Shown: positions 1-8,703 of the stretch, in pieces
Layout: every line of letters begins with the position of its first letter
Position numbering within the stretch: the stretch's first letter is position 1
Made by a program: the position numbers and the translations under genes
From: Dysgonomonas sp. PH5-45
GTDB lineage: Bacteria > Bacteroidota > Bacteroidia > Bacteroidales > Dysgonomonadaceae
NCBI RefSeq assembly: GCF_029893235.1
Contig: NZ_JARXWE010000017.1
Span: 1-60,083, forward strand
Direction of reading: 5' to 3'
Length of the DNA stretch: 60,083 nucleotides
Notes under the pieces: model-generated
What the model saw: only the letters and a program-made list of their open reading frames with translations
Told to the model about the DNA's origin: nothing
The model's database searches: none

Positions 1-170
1 TTTTGACAATGTCCTGCAAATAGGTAAATTGTCATTATTTCCTGATCGGTAAATACGGGATTGGAATTATTACTATATCTTTGACAGTAATACTTAAGTT
101 CTGAATCGTATAAATCACAGATATACATATAAATCTTTATCAGTTTAAGCTCTTTCTTCTTGGGAATCAT
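1..170 (-). CDS. IS982-family transposase, N-terminal fragment (gene continues beyond the left edge of the window)
   Basis: Reverse-complement translation from an ATG at 170 gives MIPKKKELKLIKIYMYICDLYDSELKYYCQRYSNNSNPVFTDQEIMTIYLFAGHCQ..., open to the window edge. The pattern (Y.YICD...YC, then QR.SNN..P.FTDQEI.TIYLF) matches the conserved N-terminus of Bacteroidales IS982-family transposases, recognised from memory with no search run. Confidence 0.5.
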   Translation of the reverse strand, partial: MIPKKKELKLIKIYMYICDLYDSELKYYCQRYSNNSNPVFTDQEIMTIYLFAGHCQ

Positions 171-330
171 AATTAAAAAAATAATGGGGATTATTCTTTT
201 AAGTTAATGATTTTCAAGAGATTGAGCAAATGTTCAACGCGCTTATTTCATTGATAATAAATAATTTAACTAAACAAATCAGCGAATTGTTTCAACTACT
301 GATTCGCATTATCAATAAAAAGTATAATTT

Positions 331-1332
331 TTGCACAAAATACAATACCTTATGAATAAAGCACTACTGGCACTAATACTATCGCTTTGTTTATCGCAAA
401 CAGCTAAAGCCCAAAAGGACAGTGTTGATTATTACTTAGGGGCAATAAAGGAGAACTTCGACCAAAAGCATTTTGACCAAGTTATTGTAGATTGCTTTAA
501 GGTAATCAATCTCGACCCCGATAATCTGGATGCTCACACATACTGCGGCATTTCGTACCGTATGATAAACATCTTTCCCAGTGCCATTCATTATTTTCAG
601 CAGGCTGTTGAAATTTCGCCCCGCGACGGACGTATGCTCAATAATCTGGCAACTACATATGCTGAACTTGGATACGATAGTCTGGCACTTAATATTTATG
701 ACAGAAGCGTAGAAGCATCACCCTACAACGCCAATACTTACAACAACAGAGGAGCTTTGTACCTCGACAGGCAGGAGTTCCGTAAAGCGGAATCGGACTT
801 CAGGCAGTCGATAGAAATGAACCCCTCATCGCCACACCCTTACGTGAATATGGGGAACTTCTATATGGATCAAAATAAGTACAATGAAGCACTACCTTAC
901 TTTGATATGGCAATAGAAAGAGCTCCCGGTTTTGCCAATCCTATCTACTGCAAAGCCCTAATGATTGAAAAAACAGGAGGCAAGAAAAAACATTACGAAT
1001 CGTTAATAAAAGAGGCAGTAGAGCAATACACGAAAAACATAAAAGACAATCGTTACGATTACGATGCTTTGCTGCGCAGGGCAAAAGCTTACGATAAAAT
1101 CGGCAAAAAGTATTTAGCGAAAATCGATTATAGGAAAGCCCTGAAAATGTTCGACCAACTGGTAAACCAAAACCCTGACAGTTGGCGGATGCTTTACGCT
1201 CGTGGATCGGCCTACTACGGACTGAAAGAATATGATAAGGCTAAATCCGATTTTGAAAAAGTTCTCTTCCTCAATCCTAAGCATAAAGGAACGCAGGGGA
1301 AACTAAAAGAAATAAAGAATAAAAACCTATAA
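331..1332 (+). CDS. Tetratricopeptide-repeat (TPR) protein with N-terminal signal peptide
   Basis: 333-aa ORF. N-terminus MNKALLALILSLCLSQTAKAQ is a signal peptide. There are multiple 34-aa TPR-like repeats (recurring YxxxGxxYxxxxxYxxAxxxFxxA-like periodicity, and several NP..... motifs). Confidence 0.8.
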   Translation: MHKIQYLMNKALLALILSLCLSQTAKAQKDSVDYYLGAIKENFDQKHFDQVIVDCFKVINLDPDNLDAHTYCGISYRMINIFPSAIHYFQQAVEISPRDGRMLNNLATTYAELGYDSLALNIYDRSVEASPYNANTYNNRGALYLDRQEFRKAESDFRQSIEMNPSSPHPYVNMGNFYMDQNKYNEALPYFDMAIERAPGFANPIYCKALMIEKTGGKKKHYESLIKEAVEQYTKNIKDNRYDYDALLRRAKAYDKIGKKYLAKIDYRKALKMFDQLVNQNPDSWRMLYARGSAYYGLKEYDKAKSDFEKVLFLNPKHKGTQGKLKEIKNKNL

Positions 1333-1359
1333 ATAAAAACTATTAAAATACACACACTT

Positions 1360-1533
1360 ATGAATCAGTTTAAAATAATCAAAAAATCGAACTACTGGTC
1401 TACCGACCAATTATGCCAAGAAGTAGAAGAAACACTAAAACAACTGGAAGATGCCGGATACGAAATTATAAGCGTCTCGATGGGCGTGAATCTGTGGTGG
1501 GCACCCACAGCCTATATCACCGTAAAAAAATGA
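1360..1533 (+). CDS. Small DUF4177-like protein (57 aa); not in the ORF track because it is below the size cutoff
   Basis: ATG at 1360 to TGA at 1531-1533, translating to MNQFKIIKKSNYWSTDQLCQEVEETLKQLEDAGYEIISVSMGVNLWWAPTAYITVKK. The C-terminal L..L...G(W/Y)E(L/I)(V/I)SV..........T.Y(L/I)..KK pattern resembles DUF4177 mini-proteins. Its stop overlaps the ATG of a 27-codon hydrophobic peptide ORF (1530-1613, MNVFFLISADILVLIAIRIWVFKKLEK). Confidence 0.4.
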   Translation: MNQFKIIKKSNYWSTDQLCQEVEETLKQLEDAGYEIISVSMGVNLWWAPTAYITVKK

Positions 1534-1708
1534 ACGTATTTTTTTTAATATCGGCCGATATTCTTGTCTTAATTGCCATCAGGATATGGGTTTTCAAGAA
1601 ATTAGAAAAATAATTAACTGAAAATCAAAAGGTTGAAAAAATAATTAAAGACGTTGTCGAAAACAGGAAAGAGCGTGAGAGAACACGACAACAGTTTTTA
1701 CGCTGAAC

Positions 1709-2362
1709 TTAAAACGCGCGGAAAACAATCGTTTTTCCTTCCACTTCAATAACAAAAGAATCGCCAAGGACTTCGTTCAGTGTTCCTTGCCACCAGTTGG
1801 TCAGTGTTCCACGGGTTATAGGGTATCTTAGGTTGTGCGTCGTTACGGCGTCTTGCCCTATACTGAAAATGGATACCTGCTGCCCTACCCTACTTTCAAA
1901 TTCGGAAGTGCTGTCAATAGCCCTGTAAATGCCATAATCGGTAATAATTTCCACGTCCATACCGGGCAGGTCAAGATATTCGGCAAGGAGGCTTATATTA
2001 CCTATGGTATGGTCTTCGCGCCTACCTGTTGCCCCAAGTATAACAATTTTTTTACGTCCCGAAGCCTCACAAAAAGAGATTGATTTGGTTAGGTCGTTCG
2101 TATCCTGTTCGCTTACAGTAAATATTATGGATTCGAACCACTTCCGATTTTCGGGCCTCAGCGAATCGCAATCGCCTACAATCGCATCAGGGACACGCTC
2201 CACTTGACTATCCATCAACTGATTAACTGCCCCGTCACAGCAAACAATATACTTGCTGTTTTTCAAAATAGTCAAGGGTAAGCAATTCTTCGGAAATTCA
2301 CCGTTTGCAAGAACCACCGTTTGGGCAACAGTATCGAGTGTAGGGAGCTTATAGGTTTTCAT
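1709..2362 (-). CDS. thiN: Thiamine diphosphokinase (thiamine pyrophosphokinase)
   Basis: 217-aa ORF containing the GATGGREDH(T)IGNI signature of TPK-family catalytic domains, plus a C-terminal thiamine-binding region. It is the last gene of a TPP-riboswitch-controlled operon. Confidence 0.8.
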   Translation of the reverse strand: MKTYKLPTLDTVAQTVVLANGEFPKNCLPLTILKNSKYIVCCDGAVNQLMDSQVERVPDAIVGDCDSLRPENRKWFESIIFTVSEQDTNDLTKSISFCEASGRKKIVILGATGRREDHTIGNISLLAEYLDLPGMDVEIITDYGIYRAIDSTSEFESRVGQQVSIFSIGQDAVTTHNLRYPITRGTLTNWWQGTLNEVLGDSFVIEVEGKTIVFRAF

Positions 2363-2371
2363 TTTAAAATT

Positions 2372-2962
2372 TTATTTTTCTTTATTATCGGTTGCTAATG
2401 CCATGTTTCTCCAATTCAACAAACCGAAAACCGAAACTACGGCATAAACCGCATACAAAACAGCCGATGGGTACAATCCCATATAAAAGAACAATGCCGC
2501 CGAAACAACGTTGGCTACGATAAGCAGCAACCACTGTTCAGCATACCTTTGCGCCAACATCCACATGGCGGCAATACTCAGCGTTGTTATAAAACTATCG
2601 CCCCAAGCTACAGTGCTTTCTCCTAAATATTGCAACACATAGCCTATCAGTAAAAACAAAGTAATGACGACAGGTAATAAAAACAGAAAAACTTTCCGGG
2701 GTGCCCGCCTAACGTTCCTTTCGTCCGTTTGAGACGCTCTTCCCCACATAAACCACCCGTAAACGCCGGCAAGAATATAATATATATTGATGACAGCAAA
2801 AGCATATATCCCTGCCGATACAAAAACATATACATAGAACAACGACATGAGGATGCCTGTTGGCCACATCTTCATATCGGCTTTATACTCGTAATAGAGA
2901 TATAGAAGCCCGAACAATGTGCCCAACAGTTCCTGCCAATGTGTTTCTATGAAATTTATCAT
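2372..2962 (-). CDS. pnuT: PnuC-family vitamin transporter (thiamine-type, PnuT)
   Basis: 196-aa polytopic membrane protein (6-7 hydrophobic segments, W/Y-rich) typical of the PnuC/nicotinamide-riboside transporter family. It sits between a TonB-dependent receptor and TPK, under a TPP riboswitch. This is the classic Bacteroides thiamine-uptake arrangement. Confidence 0.75.
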   Translation of the reverse strand: MINFIETHWQELLGTLFGLLYLYYEYKADMKMWPTGILMSLFYVYVFVSAGIYAFAVINIYYILAGVYGWFMWGRASQTDERNVRRAPRKVFLFLLPVVITLFLLIGYVLQYLGESTVAWGDSFITTLSIAAMWMLAQRYAEQWLLLIVANVVSAALFFYMGLYPSAVLYAVYAVVSVFGLLNWRNMALATDNKEK

Positions 2963-2973
2963 TGATGGCGGTA

Positions 2974-5196
2974 CTAAAACCTTAATGTTAATTTAGCCAT
3001 GAAGTTACGTGTGGCTTGCGGAAACAGGCCTGTGTAAACTTCTTTGGTTCCGTCCGTAAATTTATAAGTTTCTGTCCAAGCATTAGCCACATATCTTTTA
3101 TTTAAGACATTATTGACAAAAATTTGCAAATCGGCGCTGCCTACTCCTTCCAGCTTAAAAGTATATCCGGCAACCACATTACCTACAAAATAATCGTTCA
3201 GGCGAAGTTCTTCGTCCGAAGTATTATCGTAATATTGCTTACCCACGTATTTACCTACAAGCGACAGTGTTGCGTTCTTAACCGGAAAGAACGAAATGAT
3301 TCCGCTACCAACAACATTGGGCGAAAACGAAATATCCGTTTTTTTATGAAATTCCGATACTTGTCCTTTGGAATTCCAATCAGTATCGTACAAATCGTAA
3401 TAAGCCGTATAATTCTTTATTTTATTCTGGCTAAAACTAACATTGGCATCAACCCTAACCCAATTGGTTGGCTTTACTGCTCCCGAAAGTTCAATACCTA
3501 TACGGTAGCTGTCAGGAACGTTTTCCATCAGCTTGTAGCCCACATCGTTAAGTTTTCCGGTTTGTACCATCTGGTCTTTGTAGTACATATAGTAAGCGTT
3601 TGCTCCGAACGAATACATAGCGCTTTGCTTGGTATAACCCAGTTCGTAGTCGAACAAACGTTCCGATTTTATTTTCTGTGTGCCGCCGCCTTTTATCGAT
3701 TCTTTAATGTCTGTACGCAAAGGCTCGCGGTTGGAGATCGCCGCAAAAGCGTAAACATTACCATATTTGGCGTTTTCGCCCAAAGCATACGATACCCCTA
3801 ATTTAGGGTTGAAGAAGCTGTAATTATTGCGGTTGTTTATATTGGCAAAATCGTCGTCCATGCCAAACATCCGGTAGTCTACATAGCGGTACTGAACATC
3901 GCCAAACAGATTCAGATTCTCAATAACATTATACTCTGCTTTTGCAAACAGGCTGAATTCTTTCTTTTCCGAATTATTCCTGTACCATTCGTAATTTTTT
4001 GGAATATTCTCGTTATACTTTACCCAAGGCAAACGCCCGTAATGGTTACCATGAAAAGCTGACACAAAGCCTCCTCCCGTTATTTTCAGTTTATCAGCCT
4101 TGTACTCTAAAGCCATATTTGCCGTATAAAGGTCGTTATCCATCAATTTCCGGCGAATAACATCCGATATTTCATACTCAACCCCGTCTACAATTTGGTT
4201 ATCTAATCCGAATTTGCTGCCTAAACTTTGATCCGCTTTGTAATTTTCGTAATAGCCATAGCCATGCATGTAATTGAAACTGGCATTGAAAGTTAAAGAA
4301 GCACTCAAAAAGCGCGAGTAGCTAAGTTGCGCAATATCAGAATAATAATTATCGGTTTCATTGTCATAATAGCGGGTATTGCCGTCATCGTCGGTATATT
4401 CTCCGGCGGAGTTATAGCGACGGTCTTTTGCCATTTGCTCAGGACTGATACCTTCCCACGTTATGCCCGTGTGTTGCACTCCTTTCATATAGCTCAAACG
4501 GAACAGTTCTTTTTCGCCATAATACGACAGAGCCACATACAGGTTGCGGTGGTCAACCTTTCCGTTACGGATGTAACCGTCTCCGTTCACTTTCGAGAAA
4601 CGGGCATCAAGCGACAAACCGTTTTTAAGTATTCCCGTTCCTGCGGCAAGCGAATACAGGCTTGTGCCGTAACTCCCCAAAGAACCTGTTGCCTCGCCAT
4701 ATGGTTTTGAATTTGCGGCCGTGGTATTCAACGAAATACTTCCCCCAATAGAGGCTGTACCGTTGGTAGACGTCCCCACCCCACGTTGCACCTGTATGCT
4801 TTGCAGCGAGTTCGAAACATCGGGAAAATTAACCCAATAAACCTCCTGACTTTCAGGATTATTAAGCGGCATACCGTTCAGGGTTACATTGATGCGGGTT
4901 GCGTCTACCCCACGTATACGCAGGGATGTATTTCCCACACCCGAACCATCTTCGGAGAATGCTACAACCGAAGGCAGTGTTTGCAAGATAAAGGGAATGT
5001 TTTTTGCCGCATTGTCTTGCTTAATTTGTGTTTGGTTGAGGTTAGAATAAGCTATTGGAGCATTTCCTCCGGCACGCTGAGCCGATACGGTTACTCCCTC
5101 AAGCTTAACTTGTTTGATACTGTCGGGCACTTCCACAGCACAGAGCGAAGATGCGGAGAATAAAGCCCCGATAATGAATAGAATTTCCTTTTTCAT
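2974..5196 (-). CDS. TonB-dependent outer-membrane receptor (thiamine/TPP-associated, OMthi-like)
   Basis: 740-aa ORF with signal peptide MKKEILFIIGALFSASSLCA and an N-terminal plug-like region (VTVSAQRAGG..., DSIKQVKLEGV). It has a long beta-barrel body rich in alternating aromatic/Gly residues and a C-terminal ...MAKLTLRF terminal-Phe barrel signature. It lies directly downstream of the TPP riboswitch. Confidence 0.85.
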   Translation of the reverse strand: MKKEILFIIGALFSASSLCAVEVPDSIKQVKLEGVTVSAQRAGGNAPIAYSNLNQTQIKQDNAAKNIPFILQTLPSVVAFSEDGSGVGNTSLRIRGVDATRINVTLNGMPLNNPESQEVYWVNFPDVSNSLQSIQVQRGVGTSTNGTASIGGSISLNTTAANSKPYGEATGSLGSYGTSLYSLAAGTGILKNGLSLDARFSKVNGDGYIRNGKVDHRNLYVALSYYGEKELFRLSYMKGVQHTGITWEGISPEQMAKDRRYNSAGEYTDDDGNTRYYDNETDNYYSDIAQLSYSRFLSASLTFNASFNYMHGYGYYENYKADQSLGSKFGLDNQIVDGVEYEISDVIRRKLMDNDLYTANMALEYKADKLKITGGGFVSAFHGNHYGRLPWVKYNENIPKNYEWYRNNSEKKEFSLFAKAEYNVIENLNLFGDVQYRYVDYRMFGMDDDFANINNRNNYSFFNPKLGVSYALGENAKYGNVYAFAAISNREPLRTDIKESIKGGGTQKIKSERLFDYELGYTKQSAMYSFGANAYYMYYKDQMVQTGKLNDVGYKLMENVPDSYRIGIELSGAVKPTNWVRVDANVSFSQNKIKNYTAYYDLYDTDWNSKGQVSEFHKKTDISFSPNVVGSGIISFFPVKNATLSLVGKYVGKQYYDNTSDEELRLNDYFVGNVVAGYTFKLEGVGSADLQIFVNNVLNKRYVANAWTETYKFTDGTKEVYTGLFPQATRNFMAKLTLRF

Positions 5197-5297
5197 TTAA
5201 AAATAAATTATCAAATAAATAAAAAAGGGGTCTTAAAAAAAAGAGATGATTACCAAATTTAGAACGCCCACAGTATTATATAACTCTTAAAGCGTAT

Positions 5298-5376
5298 CTA
5301 TCTCCCTACGCCGGTACTAACCGAATCAGGTTCGATGGGTATGATCTCAGCCTGTTTTTAGGCACCCCCTAAGATT
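5298..5376 (-). promoter_or_regulatory. TPP (thiamine pyrophosphate) riboswitch (THI element) in the 5' leader of the TonB-receptor/pnuT/TPK operon
   Basis: Minus-strand RNA reads ...AGGGGGUGCCUAAAAACAGGCUGAGAUCAUACCCAUCGAACCUGAUUCGGUUAGUACCGGCGUAGGGAGA.... This contains the invariant THI-box blocks GGGGUGCC, GCUGAGA, ACCC, ACCUGAU..GG.UA.UACC.GCGUAGGGA in the correct order and spacing. Boundaries are approximate. Confidence 0.88.
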
Positions 5377-5488
5377 TCGGGGCAAAGGTATATATTTTTC
5401 TATAAAAAGCTTACTAAATACAAACAATATTTACAATATAACATTAAATATACGTAACACACTTATAATCTGATGTATAAAATGGCAA

Positions 5489-6370
5489 TCAATCCATTCT
5501 GTAACCGAATTTACGGAGCAGATTGTCGCGGCTGCGCCAGTCTTTTTCTACCTTGACGTACATTTCGAGGAATATTTTTTTCTCAAAAAAGCGTTCAATG
5601 TCTTTCCGTGCCATTGCACCCACCTTTTTCAGAGCCAGCCCCTTATGGCCGATGATGATACCCTTTTGCGAATCGCGCTCGCAAACAATCAGCACCCGGA
5701 TGTTGATGATATCTTTTTCTTCTTTAAACTCCTCTACAACTACCTCCACGGCATAAGGTATTTCCTTTTGGTAATAAAGAAGTATTTTTTCGCGGATTAT
5801 TTCCGTAACAAAAAAACGGGCAGGGCGGTCGGTCAAAGCATCTTTCTCAAAATAGGGAGGCGATTCGGGTACAAGCTCCAACACTCTTTTCTTAACTAAA
5901 TCTACATTAAATTTGTTAAGTGCCGATATTGGGTATATCTCGGCCTTAGGCAACAATCCGTGCCACTCTTGCACCAATTCTTCCAGTTCCTTCTGATTGG
6001 TCTGGTCTACCTTATTTATAAGCAGTAATACCGGTGCATCAACATTCTGTACTTTGTGCAGAAACTCTTCGTTTTTGGCAGTCTTTTCAACTACATCGGT
6101 AACATAAAGCAGAACATCGGCATCGCTCAACGCCGATTCCGAGAAATTAAGCATCGACTCTTGCAACTTGTAGTTTGGGCGCAGCACTCCCGGTGTGTCC
6201 GAATATACTATCTGGTAATCTTCGGTATTAACTATCCCCAATATCCTGTGGCGGGTTGTTTGTGCCTTCGATGTGATGATTGATATACGCTCGCCCACCA
6301 GCGCGTTCATCAAAGTTGATTTCCCCACATTAGGATTGCCTACAATATTTACAAATCCGGATTTATGCAT
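5489..6370 (-). CDS. era: GTPase Era
   Basis: 293 aa. G1 motif GNPNVGKST, then TTR, DTPG and NKVD motifs, and a C-terminal KH domain (..GHKGLALKKVG..). Canonical Era. Confidence 0.92.
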   Translation of the reverse strand: MHKSGFVNIVGNPNVGKSTLMNALVGERISIITSKAQTTRHRILGIVNTEDYQIVYSDTPGVLRPNYKLQESMLNFSESALSDADVLLYVTDVVEKTAKNEEFLHKVQNVDAPVLLLINKVDQTNQKELEELVQEWHGLLPKAEIYPISALNKFNVDLVKKRVLELVPESPPYFEKDALTDRPARFFVTEIIREKILLYYQKEIPYAVEVVVEEFKEEKDIINIRVLIVCERDSQKGIIIGHKGLALKKVGAMARKDIERFFEKKIFLEMYVKVEKDWRSRDNLLRKFGYRMD

Positions 6371-6515
6371 TTTTCTCTTTCCTTATTATTTTTAATGTTG
6401 AAGTAACAAAGATAAATTTAATTATACAAAAAACGTATCTGCATTTACCGCAAATACGTTTTCGTTAATATGATGACAACAAAATATACTCTTGCAATTT
6501 TAAGTATTCTTTGTT

Positions 6516-7499
6516 TTAGTATGCCCATTTAAGGTAAATTGCACCCCAAGTAAAGCCCGCGCCAAAAGCAGCAAGGATTATATTATCGCCTTTCTTCAGT
6601 TGGCTTTCCCATTCGGCCAAGCAAACAGGTATCGTACCAGCACTGGTATTGCCATATTTCTGAATATTGATCATTACCTTATCGGACGACAAGCCCATAC
6701 GATTGGCTGCCGCGTCAATAATACGGAGATTTGCCTGATGAGGAATAAACCATGCTATATCGTCTTTGGTGAGATGGTTGCGTTCCATAATCTCAGCCGC
6801 TGTATCGGCCATTTTAGAAACAGCATGTTTAAATACAACTTGCCCGTCTTGGTAGATATAATGCCATTTGTTTTTTACGGTTTCTTCGGTTGCCGGATAA
6901 GCAGAACCTCCACCTTTCAGGTATAGGTGAGGAATACCAACACCATCTGTGTGCAAAATAGAATCCATGATACCTACATTTTCTTCGGTAGGCTCCAATA
7001 AAACAGCCCCTACGGCATCACCAAACAAAGGACAGGTTGTCCGGTCGGTATAATCTGTAACAGACGTCATTTTATCGCCTGCCACAACAATCACTTTTTT
7101 ATATTTGCCTGTACGCACAAAATTGGCTCCTGTTTCGAGGGCTACCAAAAAGCCAGAACATGCAGCTTCCATATCGAAAGCAAAGGCATTTTTTATCCCA
7201 ACATTCTCGCAAACAATAGCAGCCGTTGCCGGAAAAGCATGATCGGGAGTGGTGGTTGCGAAAATAAGTATTTCAACTTCTTCGGGACGGGTTTTTGTTT
7301 TTTCAAGCAACTTTTCCACTGCTTTTGTGCCCATCACAGAAGTTCCTTGCCCTTCTCCTCTCAATATACGACGCTCTTTAATACCTACACGTGTGGTTAT
7401 CCATTCGTCGCTTGTATCGACCATCTTGGCCAAATCGGCATTGGTTATAACATCTTCAGGAACATATGCTCCTATACCAGTTATCGCTGCTTGAATCAT
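6516..7499 (-). CDS. fabH: 3-oxoacyl-[acyl-carrier-protein] synthase III
   Basis: 327 aa. The [11 protein letters not shown] start, active-site Cys context (MEAACSGF), and the HQAN...N(T)SAGTIP and [10 protein letters not shown]-terminal motifs are diagnostic of FabH. Confidence 0.92.
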   Translation of the reverse strand: MIQAAITGIGAYVPEDVITNADLAKMVDTSDEWITTRVGIKERRILRGEGQGTSVMGTKAVEKLLEKTKTRPEEVEILIFATTTPDHAFPATAAIVCENVGIKNAFAFDMEAACSGFLVALETGANFVRTGKYKKVIVVAGDKMTSVTDYTDRTTCPLFGDAVGAVLLEPTEENVGIMDSILHTDGVGIPHLYLKGGGSAYPATEETVKNKWHYIYQDGQVVFKHAVSKMADTAAEIMERNHLTKDDIAWFIPHQANLRIIDAAANRMGLSSDKVMINIQKYGNTSAGTIPVCLAEWESQLKKGDNIILAAFGAGFTWGAIYLKWAY

Positions 7500-7524
7500 T
7501 GTTCTATGGTTTTATTTTTTATTA

Positions 7525-7562
7525 CAAAAAAACGCCCTAAAATTTTTGAGTCTTTTAGGGCT
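7525..7562 (-). terminator. Rho-independent terminator downstream of rpmF
   Basis: Inverted repeat GCCCTAAAA(gactcaaaaatt)TTTTAGGGC. On the minus strand it is followed by GTTTTTTT. Confidence 0.5.
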
Positions 7563-7578
7563 TTTATTGTCTCGACAA

Positions 7579-7764
7579 TCAAACTGCTACCTCTTTCTCT
7601 ATAGCCAATTTACCTCTGTAATATCCACAATCAGGACATACAGTGTGGTATTTATGCCATGAACCGCAATTTGAACAAACGGCCAATGTTGGAGCCACAG
7701 CTTTGTCGTGAGTTCTTCTTTTTGCTGTTCTCGATTTCGATTGTCTGTGCTTAGGATGTGCCAT
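7579..7764 (-). CDS. rpmF: 50S ribosomal protein L32
   Basis: 61 aa starting MAHPKHRQSKSRTAKRRTH, with a CxxC...CxxC zinc ribbon. Canonical L32. Confidence 0.93.
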   Translation of the reverse strand: MAHPKHRQSKSRTAKRRTHDKAVAPTLAVCSNCGSWHKYHTVCPDCGYYRGKLAIEKEVAV

Positions 7765-7840
7765 TTTTTTATTTAAATTTAGTTATGAATTCTTTGTTTT
7801 ATTTTTATGCTAATCTTTTCTTTCTCTATTGTGGCTCTGT

Positions 7841-8437
7841 TCAGTCTTCCACATTTATATCCTTGAGCGCGTCCCAACGCGGATCGGTAGGCATCTCTCC
7901 AGCCTCTTCGTTGTGCGCATCACTGTCCATAGTGTCAATATCGTCTTCGTCGTCAGCGTTGGTGGCCCTGTGTTTGTTCAATTTGGTCGACATCATTCTG
8001 TTGCATTTTCCCGGAGCATGCACACGCTTCATCGGGATACTGAGCGAAACAAATTCGAACAAAAACCAAGCTATATTTATCTCCCCTTCGTCTTCGGGTA
8101 TGACAACTATTTCGTCGCTCTCTTCGGAGTATTCTTTTCCGAATTTCACAAACAGTTTGTTCTGTGCAACTACTTCTACCGACAGGTCGTCCAAACAACG
8201 GTCGCAGGGAACAGATACAACTCCATTCAAATCGAAACCGAATTCAAATGTCGATCCGATTCTTTTTACCACCAATTCTACCGACACATCGCCTCTGCGT
8301 ATGTCAGACTCACCATCACCAATATTAGTGAAGTAAGTTTTATCCAATACGTAATTGAATGTGTGACTGCCTTCCGAAAGGCCTCTCAATGGTATGTTGT
8401 ATATTCCAAATTTTCCCACAACTATTCCGGTTTGCAC
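7841..8437 (-). CDS. yceD: YceD/DUF177 family protein (large-subunit ribosomal accumulation protein)
   Basis: About 198 aa. Start chosen at the internal Met (MVQTGIVVGKFGIYNIPL...). The track ORF begins 7 codons earlier, at 8458. It has a conserved CDRCL...acidic C-terminal tail. Its position immediately upstream of rpmF is typical of DUF177. Confidence 0.75.
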   Translation of the reverse strand: MQTGIVVGKFGIYNIPLRGLSEGSHTFNYVLDKTYFTNIGDGESDIRRGDVSVELVVKRIGSTFEFGFDLNGVVSVPCDRCLDDLSVEVVAQNKLFVKFGKEYSEESDEIVVIPEDEGEINIAWFLFEFVSLSIPMKRVHAPGKCNRMMSTKLNKHRATNADDEDDIDTMDSDAHNEEAGEMPTDPRWDALKDINVED

Positions 8438-8703
8438 CATGTATAAGAATGGACGCAAAGGTAAAAACTTTTTTTTAAGTACCCAATATTTGAATAATCT
8501 TTCTATAACGACCGCATCAAATTTGGATAAAGTTACTTCAGATACACAAACTATCTAAAAAAAACTATTCAAATTTGATGCGGTTGCTCTAAAATACAGA
8601 ATAAGTAACCCGTAGTGTATTCTCCAAATGCACCACGGGTACCGTTTATTTCTAAGTTATAGAATCCTTCGGCATTCTACAACAAAACATCAAAAACGCA
8701 ACT

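Noticed and set aside
7758-8458. Plus-strand ORFs of 192 and 205 aa overlapping yceD
   Set aside because: They are antisense to a conserved DUF177 gene sitting in the expected position before rpmF. The translations are Ser/Leu-rich junk.
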